DNA from: a bacterium
Lineage (GTDB): Bacteria > UBA8248
Assembly (NCBI GenBank): GCA_965202625.1
Contig: CBDBBI010000010.1
Coordinates: 1,216,001 to 1,280,000 of the forward strand
Length of the DNA stretch: 64,000 nt
Direction: 5' to 3'
Shown here piece by piece: positions 43,003-52,412 of the stretch. The notes below the pieces were generated by a model that was not told where the DNA came from, did no database searches, and saw only the letters and a program-made list of their open reading frames with translations. A program made the translations under genes and the position numbers. Each line of letters starts with the position of its first letter. Position 1 is the stretch's first letter.

Positions 43003-44877
43003 ATGACTCATCAACCAAAAGAATTATCTCCTCAATCACTCGCCTCCTACTATTGCCTCGCTCACGATGAGATGCGGGGCATCGACGGACTTCAGCCTTC
43101 GGATGCGCTGGACGAACTCTTAAAATACTTACTTTACAAGACGATGGATGAGGAGTGCGACATTCCGGTTGAACGAATCGAAGCCTTCACGCCCCAAGAG
43201 ACCACTAAGGACATCGTTGCCAAGATCAAGCACCGTCTTCGCCATTATTTGAACGCACAGAATGCATCCGTTCGAGAACTATTCCAGTCCGATGATTTCC
43301 GCATGTCCGACCATTGTCTGGCCAAAATCCATGAAATACTTGGAAACATCACCTTCAAGACCCTTTCCTTCGATATAAGGAGCACCGCCCTCCGCTCGTT
43401 CCTGAGTGCTGACCTTCGGAAGGGGCTGGGCATATTCTTGACGCCGGATGAGGTCGTGGAAGAGACAGTGAGTTTTTTTCAGTTTTCAGATCGCGCGACG
43501 ATCCTCGATCCGGCATGTGGCTCAGGAACTTTTCTGCTATCTGCGATGTGCCATGCTAGGAATCGCGTATCCCTCGTGGGAATGGATAAGAGCCCGCGCA
43601 TGATGCTCCTCGCCCATCTGAACATGGCGAGCGCATCTTGGCGGTGGAGAGTTTGCGACGCCCTGCGACATTCCGAGTATGAGGAATGGATGCCCTCATC
43701 GAACGTCGATTACATCCTGACGAATCCCCCATTTGGCGTAATCGTCGATCATCGGAATTATCCTTTGATAGATTTCCAGACTGCTCGCAACGGAAACGGT
43801 TTTTTCGCCAAACGCCAATCAAGCGAACTTCTATTCCTTGAGCAAAGCGTCAAACTCCTCAAACCCGATGGATGGATAGGCATCGTCCTTCCTAGAAGCG
43901 TCGTTAACACCGTCAGCAATGCGCCCGGGCGATCCACCCTAGGGAATATGGCCGCGGTCCGGGCGATCATCATCCTTCCGCCGGAGACATTTGGAGCGAC
44001 TGGCACAATGACCAACACGGTCGTCTTGTTCGCCCAGAAATTTGGGACTACTCTCTCCCCTAGGGACACCATCTCGCCTTGCGTCGCTCAAATTGAGAAC
44101 GTGGGATTTGATTTAACGGGACGTGCGAGAGAGGGGAATCAACTGCCGGGGCTCGGCACCGCCTTGCGTTCCGCAGTTCTATCGCGCTTGACGGATCCCC
44201 GAATCGCGATCCTGGATGACATGCCCGCCGGTTCGACTTTTGAAGCACTCCCCCAAATGGTGAAAAATGACCCCTCAAGGAAGATTGCGAGTAAAGCACT
44301 CGACGAAATGGCACATTGCGTCTCCATTGGCAAGACCCCCTCTCGAAGCGCATACTCGGATGGGGGCCTCTTCCTGATTAAGGTTGGGAATCTAACAGGC
44401 GCGGGCATCCAATGGATACCCCGCGATAGAAACTATACGGCCCCCCATCCGCGATACGACAAAGACCACATGAGACTCCAACCAAACGACATACTGCTCA
44501 CTTCTTCTGCCCACAATCCAAAGTACATCGCAAAGAAAATTGACATCATCACTGAATTTCCCAAGTGGGTTGGCGAGACGGCATCCTACGTTGGAGAGGT
44601 CATGCTCGTTCGCCCCAACCCCGATCTCATCGACCCCTTCACGCTCCTAGCCTATCTTCGTCTGCCGTCGGTCATATCTCAAATACACCGCATGATACGC
44701 GGCCAAACCGCTCATCTTTATCCTAGGGATCTACTCGAACTTCCGATTGATATGGAGATACTGACTGCGAGTCCAAAAATCAAGGAACTAGCATCACTTG
44801 CAAGGAAAGAAGCCGAGATGAGCACAGTCATGAATCAGTTGGCGTGGGAGCAACTATGTCTCTCTCGTGTTGTTTAG
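43003..44877 (+). CDS. N6-adenine DNA methyltransferase (HsdM-like) fused to one target-recognition domain
   Basis: GIFLTPDEVV, LDPACGSGTFL, NPPFG, IVLP. C-terminal GKTPSR..IKVGNL..NDILL..GQT.HLY resembles a single HsdS TRD. Confidence 0.85.
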   Translation: MTHQPKELSPQSLASYYCLAHDEMRGIDGLQPSDALDELLKYLLYKTMDEECDIPVERIEAFTPQETTKDIVAKIKHRLRHYLNAQNASVRELFQSDDFRMSDHCLAKIHEILGNITFKTLSFDIRSTALRSFLSADLRKGLGIFLTPDEVVEETVSFFQFSDRATILDPACGSGTFLLSAMCHARNRVSLVGMDKSPRMMLLAHLNMASASWRWRVCDALRHSEYEEWMPSSNVDYILTNPPFGVIVDHRNYPLIDFQTARNGNGFFAKRQSSELLFLEQSVKLLKPDGWIGIVLPRSVVNTVSNAPGRSTLGNMAAVRAIIILPPETFGATGTMTNTVVLFAQKFGTTLSPRDTISPCVAQIENVGFDLTGRAREGNQLPGLGTALRSAVLSRLTDPRIAILDDMPAGSTFEALPQMVKNDPSRKIASKALDEMAHCVSIGKTPSRSAYSDGGLFLIKVGNLTGAGIQWIPRDRNYTAPHPRYDKDHMRLQPNDILLTSSAHNPKYIAKKIDIITEFPKWVGETASYVGEVMLVRPNPDLIDPFTLLAYLRLPSVISQIHRMIRGQTAHLYPRDLLELPIDMEILTASPKIKELASLARKEAEMSTVMNQLAWEQLCLSRVV

Positions 44878-45842
44878 GCAAGACCACTATCCATTAGAGA
44901 CTTAATCAAATTTTCAGGCAACGCTCTAATTCTCTCTCGAATACCTGACCAATAAACTGATATCGCCAGCGTGTGAAGAACTCTTTTGGTATTAACTTTA
45001 TCACTCTCAATAAGCATATTAAGTCTGTCAAGCCCCTCTCGAACATTATTAAATACAATATCACCATAACCAAGACGCTTACCAAAATCTTTTATCTTGT
45101 AAATATCGAGATTCCGGGACCTCGAATATAATGTAAGGTTGATTTTTGTTTGATGCTGGGACATATCTCGACTTGGGAATATCTCCGTGTCGATTGAATC
45201 ATCACTTAAAATATATGACCGATATACGAGTTTTGGATTCATTAAGTCAAATTTCATTTGAAATGGCCAAAGATTAAAAGGGGCTTTAGAGCGAGACTGT
45301 GCGCGAATGTTCTCAAAATAATCAATTATGCAATAAGCAAAGCCGGGCGAACGAGGATTTACTTCCCAAATCGATACTCGAATTGTATGGGGACTATTAA
45401 GGTCAGTAAAATCAAATAACACAAAATAGTAATATTTCGGTTCAAGAATCTTTGCATACTCTTCTTCATGCCGAATTGAGATAAGCCATTTCGAATCATC
45501 GTTTCGTTTCAAATTAGATGAATCACACTCAGAGCATTTTCGCTCAATAGAAGCGACAACAGCACCACATGAATTACACTTACCAAGTTGGTCAACACGA
45601 TAGCAGGTCTTTATTTCCCCGTATTCTCTTGACGAAATTACTAGATCACGTCCACGAGCACCAGAACGTCCTCCTGGATATCCGGTAACGACAGATACTA
45701 GATGTTGTCCCACATAACCCATACGTGCCTGAGTAGTTTGTTTCGTAATGGACGCCCACTTATTGACCCGATGGCGAAGATCGATGTAAAGCTCTCTAAT
45801 CAGTTCTTCCGAAGCTTCAATGCTTCCGAGCATATCAGGCAT
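44874..45842 (-). CDS. MamI-family restriction endonuclease
   Basis: QARMGYVGQHLVSVVTG, GARGRDL, EIKTCYRVDQLGKC, CxxC/CxxC zinc ribbon, DDSKWL. AT-rich and convergent with the MTase. Confidence 0.78.
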   Translation of the reverse strand: MPDMLGSIEASEELIRELYIDLRHRVNKWASITKQTTQARMGYVGQHLVSVVTGYPGGRSGARGRDLVISSREYGEIKTCYRVDQLGKCNSCGAVVASIERKCSECDSSNLKRNDDSKWLISIRHEEEYAKILEPKYYYFVLFDFTDLNSPHTIRVSIWEVNPRSPGFAYCIIDYFENIRAQSRSKAPFNLWPFQMKFDLMNPKLVYRSYILSDDSIDTEIFPSRDMSQHQTKINLTLYSRSRNLDIYKIKDFGKRLGYGDIVFNNVREGLDRLNMLIESDKVNTKRVLHTLAISVYWSGIRERIRALPENLIKSLMDSGLA

Positions 45843-45846
45843 GTTT

Positions 45847-46068
45847 TTAATCTCGTGATATTAACTCGGTGACTTCACACCCAAACGCATCAGCAATCTT
45901 TTGCAGTGTGCCAACAGTTATGTTTCGCTCACCACGTTCTATTGCACCTATGTAAGTACGATGAAGACCACATAACTCAGCAAATGTTTCTTGCGACAGA
46001 CCGACGGATTCACGGCGGCGGCGAATTTCATTAGCAAGTTTTATTTTCAGAAGTTCTGAGCGACTCAT
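45847..46068 (-). CDS. R-M controller (C) protein, XRE-HTH
   Basis: LSQE..AE..GLHRTYIGAIERGERNIT, immediately upstream of the REase in the same direction. Confidence 0.9.
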   Translation of the reverse strand: MSRSELLKIKLANEIRRRRESVGLSQETFAELCGLHRTYIGAIERGERNITVGTLQKIADAFGCEVTELISRD

Positions 46069-46091
46069 TCGGCCAAGATCGTCTAGGAAAT

Positions 46092-46117
46092 GACTTTGTA
46101 TCTACAGACTAAACATA
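46092..46117 (-). promoter_or_regulatory. C-box double operator (PvuII/BamHI-type)
   Basis: Minus strand reads TATG-ttt-AGTC-TGTA-GATA-caa-AGTC, versus consensus GACTnnnAGTC-TGTA-GACTnnnAGTC. It lies 23 nt before the C-gene ATG. Confidence 0.75.
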
Positions 46118-46345
46118 GCATCACCTTGAAAAACTAATAAGATCAATCTATTTTCCAATTGCCCATTTCTCAAACCATATCGGCGAATGACCGCTTCTCG
46201 AAGATATGATATGATGAATGTGCAAGCGGGCGGATGAGGTTTGTCGTGTGGATGCCCTGGCGGCGGTGGCGTCAGCCTTCTTTTCTCCTCATCCCCATGA
46301 AGACGCCCGCATGAACGCCGCCCCCAGGACCGCATGAGGCGATCG

Positions 46346-46852
46346 ATGAGAAAAACGTCTCTCCTCATTCCCGCGCTGGCCCTTGCCATCCTCCTGAACG
46401 CGCCCGTCTTCGCCCAGGAGGACGCACGGCCGCAAAGACGCCTCACCGCGCGCGTCTCCAAGGTGTATGACGGGGTGAGTTTCCAGCTCGCCGGCGGCTT
46501 GCGCTCCTCCCTGATCGGGGTGTCTCCCCCCTCTCCGGGAGCACCGGGCAGCGCCCAGGCGCACGCAACGCTCAAGCGCCTGCTCGAGAACAGGACCGTG
46601 CTCCTCGAAATCGACGAGCGGCCGGTCGACGGCTACGGACAGCTCCAATACTACGTCTTCCTCCAGGACGGGGCGCACGTGAACGTGCTCATGGTGCTTA
46701 GGGGGCTGGGCCGCGCGCTCGTCAAGCACCCCAACGTGCGCTATCGCAAGGAGCTGATAGAGGCGGAGAACATCGCAAAAAACTACCGACGGGGCATCTG
46801 GGGAGACGAATTCGACCCGCGCGACCGGACAAGCCGCCCCTTTCGCCATTGA
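46346..46852 (+). CDS. Exported thermonuclease (SNase)-fold protein with a degenerate active site
   Basis: Signal peptide; VSKVYDG, DGYGQLQYYV, VNVLMVLRGLG, AE..AK...RGIW. Confidence 0.8.
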   Translation: MRKTSLLIPALALAILLNAPVFAQEDARPQRRLTARVSKVYDGVSFQLAGGLRSSLIGVSPPSPGAPGSAQAHATLKRLLENRTVLLEIDERPVDGYGQLQYYVFLQDGAHVNVLMVLRGLGRALVKHPNVRYRKELIEAENIAKNYRRGIWGDEFDPRDRTSRPFRH

Positions 46853-47295
46853 TTTGATACGGACGAATCCGGCAAAACTATCAAACCACAAACCACTCGC
46901 AACCTTTCATACGGGCGAAACCGGTAGAAGCATCCGCTCATGAGGGGCGGACCATCATGCCGACCCACTGAAGACGTAGCCCGCCTTTACAGCCAAACAA
47001 AAATAATTGCGAACGGGCTGAAAAACAGCCGTTTTTCGGGGCGTAAACGGCTTGTAAAAAGGCCATGCAAGGGCGTTGCAAAAGCCGCACAAAACAGACC
47101 GCCGAGCGTGATGGCGGCGAGGGGACACCCAAACGTTGCCTTCGGGAGAGTTCCCGTAAAAGGAACGAACGGAAAAAAAGCGGACGTTGGAATTTCAGCA
47201 GCGGATGGCTGGTCGTCCAAGGCCGGGTGCGGTGGTTCGCCTGATTTTTTGCGCCTTCATTCCTTGTGCTCGCCGCATTCGCGCAAGTTCATCTT

Positions 47296-48090
47296 CTATG
47301 CACCCTCGGCTTCAGCCGATCCCTTCGTGGGCGCGCCGCCTCCTGAGTGCTCACCCATGAACGGGCGCAGCAGATCCAGAGGGAGGGGGAAGACGATAGT
47401 GGAGTTGTTCTCGGTAGCGACCTCCGAGAGAGTTTGCAGGAACCGAAGCTGAAGCGCGCCCGGGGCCGTGGCGATGGTGGCGGCGGCCTCGGAGAGACGC
47501 GCGCTCGCCTGGTATTCGCCCTCCGCGTGAATGACCTTGGCGCGGCGCTCGCGCTCCGCCTCGGCTTGGCGGGCGATGGCGCGCTGCATCTCGCTGGGAA
47601 GGTCCACGTGCTTGAGCTCCACGTTGGTGACCTTGATGCCCCACGGGTCCGTGGCGTGGTCGAGAAGCTCCTGAAGCTGGCCGTTGATCTTCTCCCGTTC
47701 GGAGAGCAGGTCGTCCAGGTCCATCTGGCCCAGCACGCTCCTGAGCGTGGTCTGGCTCAACTGGCCCGTGGCGTAGAGAAAATCCTCCACCTCAATGATC
47801 GCGCGCTCGGGGTTCAGAACGCGAAAATAGACCACGGCGTTCACCTTCACCGACACGTTGTCCTTCGTGACGATGTCCTGGGGCGGCACGTCCATCGTCA
47901 CCAGCCGCAGGCCCACGCGCGTCATGCGGTCGATCACCGGAAGAACGATGATGAGACCCGGGCCCTTCGTGGAGTGGAACCGGCCCAGGCGGAAGATAAC
48001 GCCGCGCTCATATTCGTTCAGGACGCGGATGGCGCTAACGAAGAACAGCAACACGATGAGGACGACGACGATGAGGCCGATCGGATTCAT
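47296..48090 (-). CDS. SPFH/stomatin (slipin) family protein
   Basis: [44 protein letters not shown]. Confidence 0.95.
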   Translation of the reverse strand: MNPIGLIVVVLIVLLFFVSAIRVLNEYERGVIFRLGRFHSTKGPGLIIVLPVIDRMTRVGLRLVTMDVPPQDIVTKDNVSVKVNAVVYFRVLNPERAIIEVEDFLYATGQLSQTTLRSVLGQMDLDDLLSEREKINGQLQELLDHATDPWGIKVTNVELKHVDLPSEMQRAIARQAEAERERRAKVIHAEGEYQASARLSEAAATIATAPGALQLRFLQTLSEVATENNSTIVFPLPLDLLRPFMGEHSGGGAPTKGSAEAEGA

Positions 48091-49419
48091 TTACCCACTC
48101 TCCTTCTCTACGCGGAGTCTAAGACCATCTACCGACATTACGCGGACCTTGTCGCCGACTTCGAGGCGATCGCGCGAATCCGCCAGCCATATCTCGCCGC
48201 GCACACGAATTTTGGCCGGCGCCTCCCCCTCGGGCGGTGCGCTGACGACTCCGCCCAGAGCGAGCATTCCCTCCGAACCCGATACCGGCTGCGACTGCTG
48301 GGCGCGAAAGCCCAGGCCCACGACCCAGACGAAGAACATGGCCGTTCCAGCCACCGCGGGGAGGATGACCTTGAGGCTGATCTGCAGATAGGGGTCCGGA
48401 GAGTCGATGAGCATGACCGAGCCGAGCGTCATCGCGATGATTCCGCCGATGGTGAGCCCCCCGTAGCTCACCACCTGAATCTCCAGAAGAAACATGATGA
48501 CGGCGAGCCCCAGCAAAAGAAGGCCCACGTAGTTCACCGGCAGAACCTTCAGGGCGTAGAGGGCGAGGAGGAGGCTGATGGCGCCCACAACACCGGGAAG
48601 GATGGCGCCAGGGTTCGAGAGCTCGAAGAACAGCCCATACATGCCCAGAAGCATCAGGATATAGGCGATGTTGGGGTCGCTCAGAAGGGTGAGCACCTTC
48701 TGGCGCCAGCTGCGGCCGAGACGGATCTCCTCAGCGCCTCTGGTCGCCAGGGTGACGGTGGCTCCGCCGGCGAGCTTTATCTTCTTGCCGTCAACCGCCA
48801 GCAGGAGGGATTTGACGTCCGTCGCCACGAGGTCAATGACCTTTTGCTTCAAGGCCTCCGACTCGTCCACGGATATCGCCTCTCGAACCGCGCTCTCCGC
48901 CCATTCGGTGTTGCGCCCCGTGCGGGAGGCCACCGCACGCGCGAAAGCGGCCACGTCGTTCATCACCTTTTTGCGCATGTCTCCCTGAATCTGCTTTCCG
49001 CCGCCTGCGACGGGAGAGGCGGCGCCGATGTTCGTGCCCGGCGCCATGGCGGCGATATGGGCCGACATCGTGATGAACGTGCCGGCGGAGGCCGCCTGCG
49101 CCCCTCCCGGAGCGACGTATACCGCCACGGGCACGTCCGAGCCGAAGATGGATTTCACGATGTCGCGCGTGCTGGACACCAGGCCGCCCGGAGTGTCAAG
49201 ACGGATGACGAGAAGCTGCGCCCCCCTTCGGGCGGCCTCCTCAATGCCGAAGGCGATGTATTCCGAAGTCCCTGGCGATATGGCGTCGGCGACGTCCAAC
49301 ACCAGGACGGGAGGCGTTTTCTGCGCCGAGGCGACGTGGTAGATGGCCAGCGCCGCACCCATCGCCACCCAAAAGCCCAAAACCGCCAGACGCGCCCTTC
49401 TGTGAAATCTCCTCGACAT
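48091..49419 (-). CDS. nfeD: NfeD long form (ClpP-like protease + membrane + OB domains)
   Basis: LDTPGG, AASAGTFI, APGTNIGAA, GEIW; upstream of the stomatin gene. Confidence 0.92.
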   Translation of the reverse strand: MSRRFHRRARLAVLGFWVAMGAALAIYHVASAQKTPPVLVLDVADAISPGTSEYIAFGIEEAARRGAQLLVIRLDTPGGLVSSTRDIVKSIFGSDVPVAVYVAPGGAQAASAGTFITMSAHIAAMAPGTNIGAASPVAGGGKQIQGDMRKKVMNDVAAFARAVASRTGRNTEWAESAVREAISVDESEALKQKVIDLVATDVKSLLLAVDGKKIKLAGGATVTLATRGAEEIRLGRSWRQKVLTLLSDPNIAYILMLLGMYGLFFELSNPGAILPGVVGAISLLLALYALKVLPVNYVGLLLLGLAVIMFLLEIQVVSYGGLTIGGIIAMTLGSVMLIDSPDPYLQISLKVILPAVAGTAMFFVWVVGLGFRAQQSQPVSGSEGMLALGGVVSAPPEGEAPAKIRVRGEIWLADSRDRLEVGDKVRVMSVDGLRLRVEKESG

Positions 49420-49500
49420 TCCATCCCTCAAAAGCGGCGACATCAACTCCCGCATCCTATCACAAAAGAGAACGTCTCATCGGCCGGCCCACCGCGCGCC

Positions 49501-50838
49501 TCAGACGTCCAGGGCAAGAAGCACCCCGTCCAGAATCTCGACGGCCACGTCGATTTGACGCTTCTCGACGATCAAGGGCGGCAAGAACGCCAGAACGTTT
49601 CCATGGTGTCCCCCGGGATAGAGGAGGAGTCCTTTTTTCAAGGCCATGTCGCTCGCCCTCTTGGCGACGCGCAAAGGCTCCCGCGTCCTCTGATCGGCGA
49701 CCAGCTCGACCGCTATCATCAGCCCGCGCCCTCGAACCTCGCCGATGATGGAATGCCGCCCGGAGAGTGCCTCCAGCCTTTTCAGAAAATACGCGCCCAT
49801 CTCCAGGGAACGCTCGGCGAGCCTCTCCTCCTCATACACCTCAATGGAAGCAAGACCAGCGGCGCACGCCATGACGTTTCCCGCATAGGTACCGCTTTCG
49901 GTTCCGGGGCCCGAGGCGTCGGCGATCTCTTTTTTCGCCACGCAGGCGGCAAGCGGCAGACCCCCTGAAATCGATTTTCCCATCACGATCAGATCCGGCT
50001 CCACGTCCTCATACTGGTAGGCGAACGTCTTTCCCGTCCGGCAAAATCCGCTCATCACCTCATCAACGATGAGCAACGCACCGTGCCGATCGCACACTTC
50101 TCGAAGCGCTTTCAAAAACTCCGGGGGAGCCGGAATCATGCCGCCGTTCCCCTGAACCGGCTCGATGATGACGGCCGCCACCTCGCCCCAGCCGCTCGCC
50201 GGATTCGTGAGAAACTCATTGATGTAGCGAATCGTCCCCTCCCTGCATTTTTCCGCACCCTCGCCAAACGGGTTTCGATAAGGGTATGGATAGGGGACGT
50301 GATGAATTCCGGGGACAAGCGCACCCAGCCCTTCTCGCTGGTTTTTTCTGCCCATCAGGGCCACGGCGCCCAGGGTTCTGCCGTGGAACGCGCCCGTAAA
50401 ACCAACGATTTCATCGCGTCGCGTCGCCCGGCGGGCCATCTTCAGGGCGATTTCAGCCGCCTCGCTGCCGGAGGAGCCGAGAATCACGCTCTTGGGGGTC
50501 GGGCCCAAATCCAGCGAGAGAACCTTTTCGAGAAACTGGTTCCTCACGCTTGAGCCCAGCGACATGGCCTGATGGACTTCTCCCGCCTGTTCTCTCATCG
50601 CCGAGACGACCCGGGGATGACAATGACCCGCATTGAGGGAGCCAAAACCGGCGACGAAATCCAAAAACAAGTTGCCGTCCACGTCCTCGACCACCGCCCC
50701 CCGGGCGCGCTCGACGACGAGAGTTTCCGGACTCATGCCGAAGCTGAGCCCCGCGCGACCCTCCATCCTCCTGAGACGCTCAAGCTCCCTTCGGGTTTTG
50801 GGGCCCGGATGGGGAACCCGAAATTTCGGCGCTTCCAT
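49501..50838 (-). CDS. Class III PLP aminotransferase (GabT-like)
   Basis: DVDGNLFLDF, GAFHGRT, EPVQGNGG, DEVMSGFCRTG, GKSISGG. Confidence 0.92.
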   Translation of the reverse strand: MEAPKFRVPHPGPKTRRELERLRRMEGRAGLSFGMSPETLVVERARGAVVEDVDGNLFLDFVAGFGSLNAGHCHPRVVSAMREQAGEVHQAMSLGSSVRNQFLEKVLSLDLGPTPKSVILGSSGSEAAEIALKMARRATRRDEIVGFTGAFHGRTLGAVALMGRKNQREGLGALVPGIHHVPYPYPYRNPFGEGAEKCREGTIRYINEFLTNPASGWGEVAAVIIEPVQGNGGMIPAPPEFLKALREVCDRHGALLIVDEVMSGFCRTGKTFAYQYEDVEPDLIVMGKSISGGLPLAACVAKKEIADASGPGTESGTYAGNVMACAAGLASIEVYEEERLAERSLEMGAYFLKRLEALSGRHSIIGEVRGRGLMIAVELVADQRTREPLRVAKRASDMALKKGLLLYPGGHHGNVLAFLPPLIVEKRQIDVAVEILDGVLLALDV

Positions 50839-51020
50839 GTGGAAATCTCCCTCGCCGTCCACTTCTATCTGTTGTTACCATACACCAAAAAGGGCGAGGA
50901 GCCGATCTGTTCGTTTCGCAAAAACGCACCCCGGATGCGTGTCATTCATCCACGAATGTTATAAGATGCGAGACAAGCTGAAAAACTACCCATATTTGAA
51001 CCACGCTCGAAAACGCTGAG

Positions 51021-52280
51021 GTGCCCGTGAGCCGAAACGCTTCTGCTGGAAAGATGTATTACGGTTGGTTCATTCTGGCCGGATGCTTCACGATGATGTT
51101 TCTGGGACTGGCGACCAGAAACTCCTTCGGCATCTTCCTCAAGCCGATGATTGAGGATTTCAACCTGAGCCGGGCCGCATTGTCCCTTCCGTTCTCCCTT
51201 TGCCTGATCCTCTATGGCGCGTCCCAACCCCTGGGCGGACTCATGATGCGCCGCTGGGGCCCCAAGACGGTCATCATCTGGGGGTCGATACTGACGACGA
51301 TCCCGATGCTGGGGATCAGCCAGGTGAACTCCATTTGGGGGGTGTATCTGTTCTTCGGCATTCTGCTGGGAATCGGAGGAATCGGCAACAGCGTGACCGC
51401 CTATACGCCGCTGGTGTCCAGCTGGTTCCCGAACAGGCGAGGGCTGGGCATGTCCATCGTCAGCGCCGGCTCGAGCATGGGTCAGCTCATCCTGCTCCCT
51501 CTCTTCGCGTATCTGATAGGCGCTCTCGACTGGAGGACGACTTCGCTCCTCATCGGCGTCCTCTTCTTGTTCACGCTGCTGCCCATTTCGTTTTTCGTGA
51601 TCAAAAACTCTCCAGGCATCGATGAGCTCCCCCTGAAGGAAGCGGGCGGCGGCAATAGCGTCAAAATGGTCGTTCCATACGATTTGCCCTGGGTGCAATG
51701 CCTCCACAAGAAGCCCTTCGTGCTTTTGCTGACGAGCTTTTTCACCTGCGGCTTCACCGTCACCGTGATTTCCGTCCACTGGGTGCCGTTCGCGACGGAC
51801 GTGGGGTTCTCCGCCGCCGTCGCGGCCACCTCGTTCGCCCTGGGCGGCGGTCTCAACACCGTCGGCGTTCTGGCCGTTGGCCCCTTGTCGGACAAAATCG
51901 GCAGGAAAGTCCCCCTGAGCATGATTTACGCCTTCAGGGGTCTCGGATTCATCCTGTTCATCTTCTTCAAAAACGACCTCACCGTATGGGCCACCCCCAT
52001 GATCATCGGTCTCTCCTGGATAGCGACCGTCCCCCTCACCTCGGCGCTGGCGGGAGACTTCTTCGGCTCCAGAAACGTGGCGATACTGTTCGGACTCATC
52101 ACGTTCAGCCACCAGCTCGGCTCAGGTCTGAGCGCCTGGCTGAGCGGATACATCTATGACGTGACCGGCAGCTACAACCTCGCCTTCGCCCTTGCCGCCT
52201 ACCTTTGCTTTCAGGCGGCCGTGATAGTCTCTTTCATCAACGAAAAAGAGGTCCGCATCCCCCAGCTCGCCACAACGTAA
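51021..52280 (+). CDS. MFS transporter (OFA/monocarboxylate-like)
   Basis: MYYGW, WFPNRRGL, GPLSDKIGRK; about 12 hydrophobic segments. Confidence 0.92.
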   Translation: MPVSRNASAGKMYYGWFILAGCFTMMFLGLATRNSFGIFLKPMIEDFNLSRAALSLPFSLCLILYGASQPLGGLMMRRWGPKTVIIWGSILTTIPMLGISQVNSIWGVYLFFGILLGIGGIGNSVTAYTPLVSSWFPNRRGLGMSIVSAGSSMGQLILLPLFAYLIGALDWRTTSLLIGVLFLFTLLPISFFVIKNSPGIDELPLKEAGGGNSVKMVVPYDLPWVQCLHKKPFVLLLTSFFTCGFTVTVISVHWVPFATDVGFSAAVAATSFALGGGLNTVGVLAVGPLSDKIGRKVPLSMIYAFRGLGFILFIFFKNDLTVWATPMIIGLSWIATVPLTSALAGDFFGSRNVAILFGLITFSHQLGSGLSAWLSGYIYDVTGSYNLAFALAAYLCFQAAVIVSFINEKEVRIPQLATT

Positions 52281-52332
52281 AACGTAATCCTGCGAAAAGG
52301 AAACGCGCGAAATGAAGCATGAATATGCTGAT

Positions 52333-52361
52333 TTGCCACCTTGACGCGCCTTTGCGATAAT
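52333..52361 (+). promoter_or_regulatory. Putative sigma70 promoter of thrC
   Basis: TTGCCA-17 nt-GATAAT with an extended -10 TG. Confidence 0.5.
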
Positions 52362-52412
52362 TTCCTCTCCCTCGCGCGGGGCGGGGCTCCCCCCTTCGTT
52401 TTTGGTGAAGAC

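Noticed and set aside
42786-46330. Target-site duplication, or a self-regulatory GATNNNNATC site, flanking the MamI-like system
   Set aside because: Only weak partial similarities at the junctions, and no such site found in either promoter region.
46912-46983. Hammerhead-like pair of GAAAC and CTGAAGA
   Set aside because: Stem I does not pair and stem II is offset by four extra bases.
46990-47110. tmRNA-like resume context (AAATAATTGCGAAC)
   Set aside because: No tRNA-like ends and no short tag ORF ending in Ala-Ala-stop.
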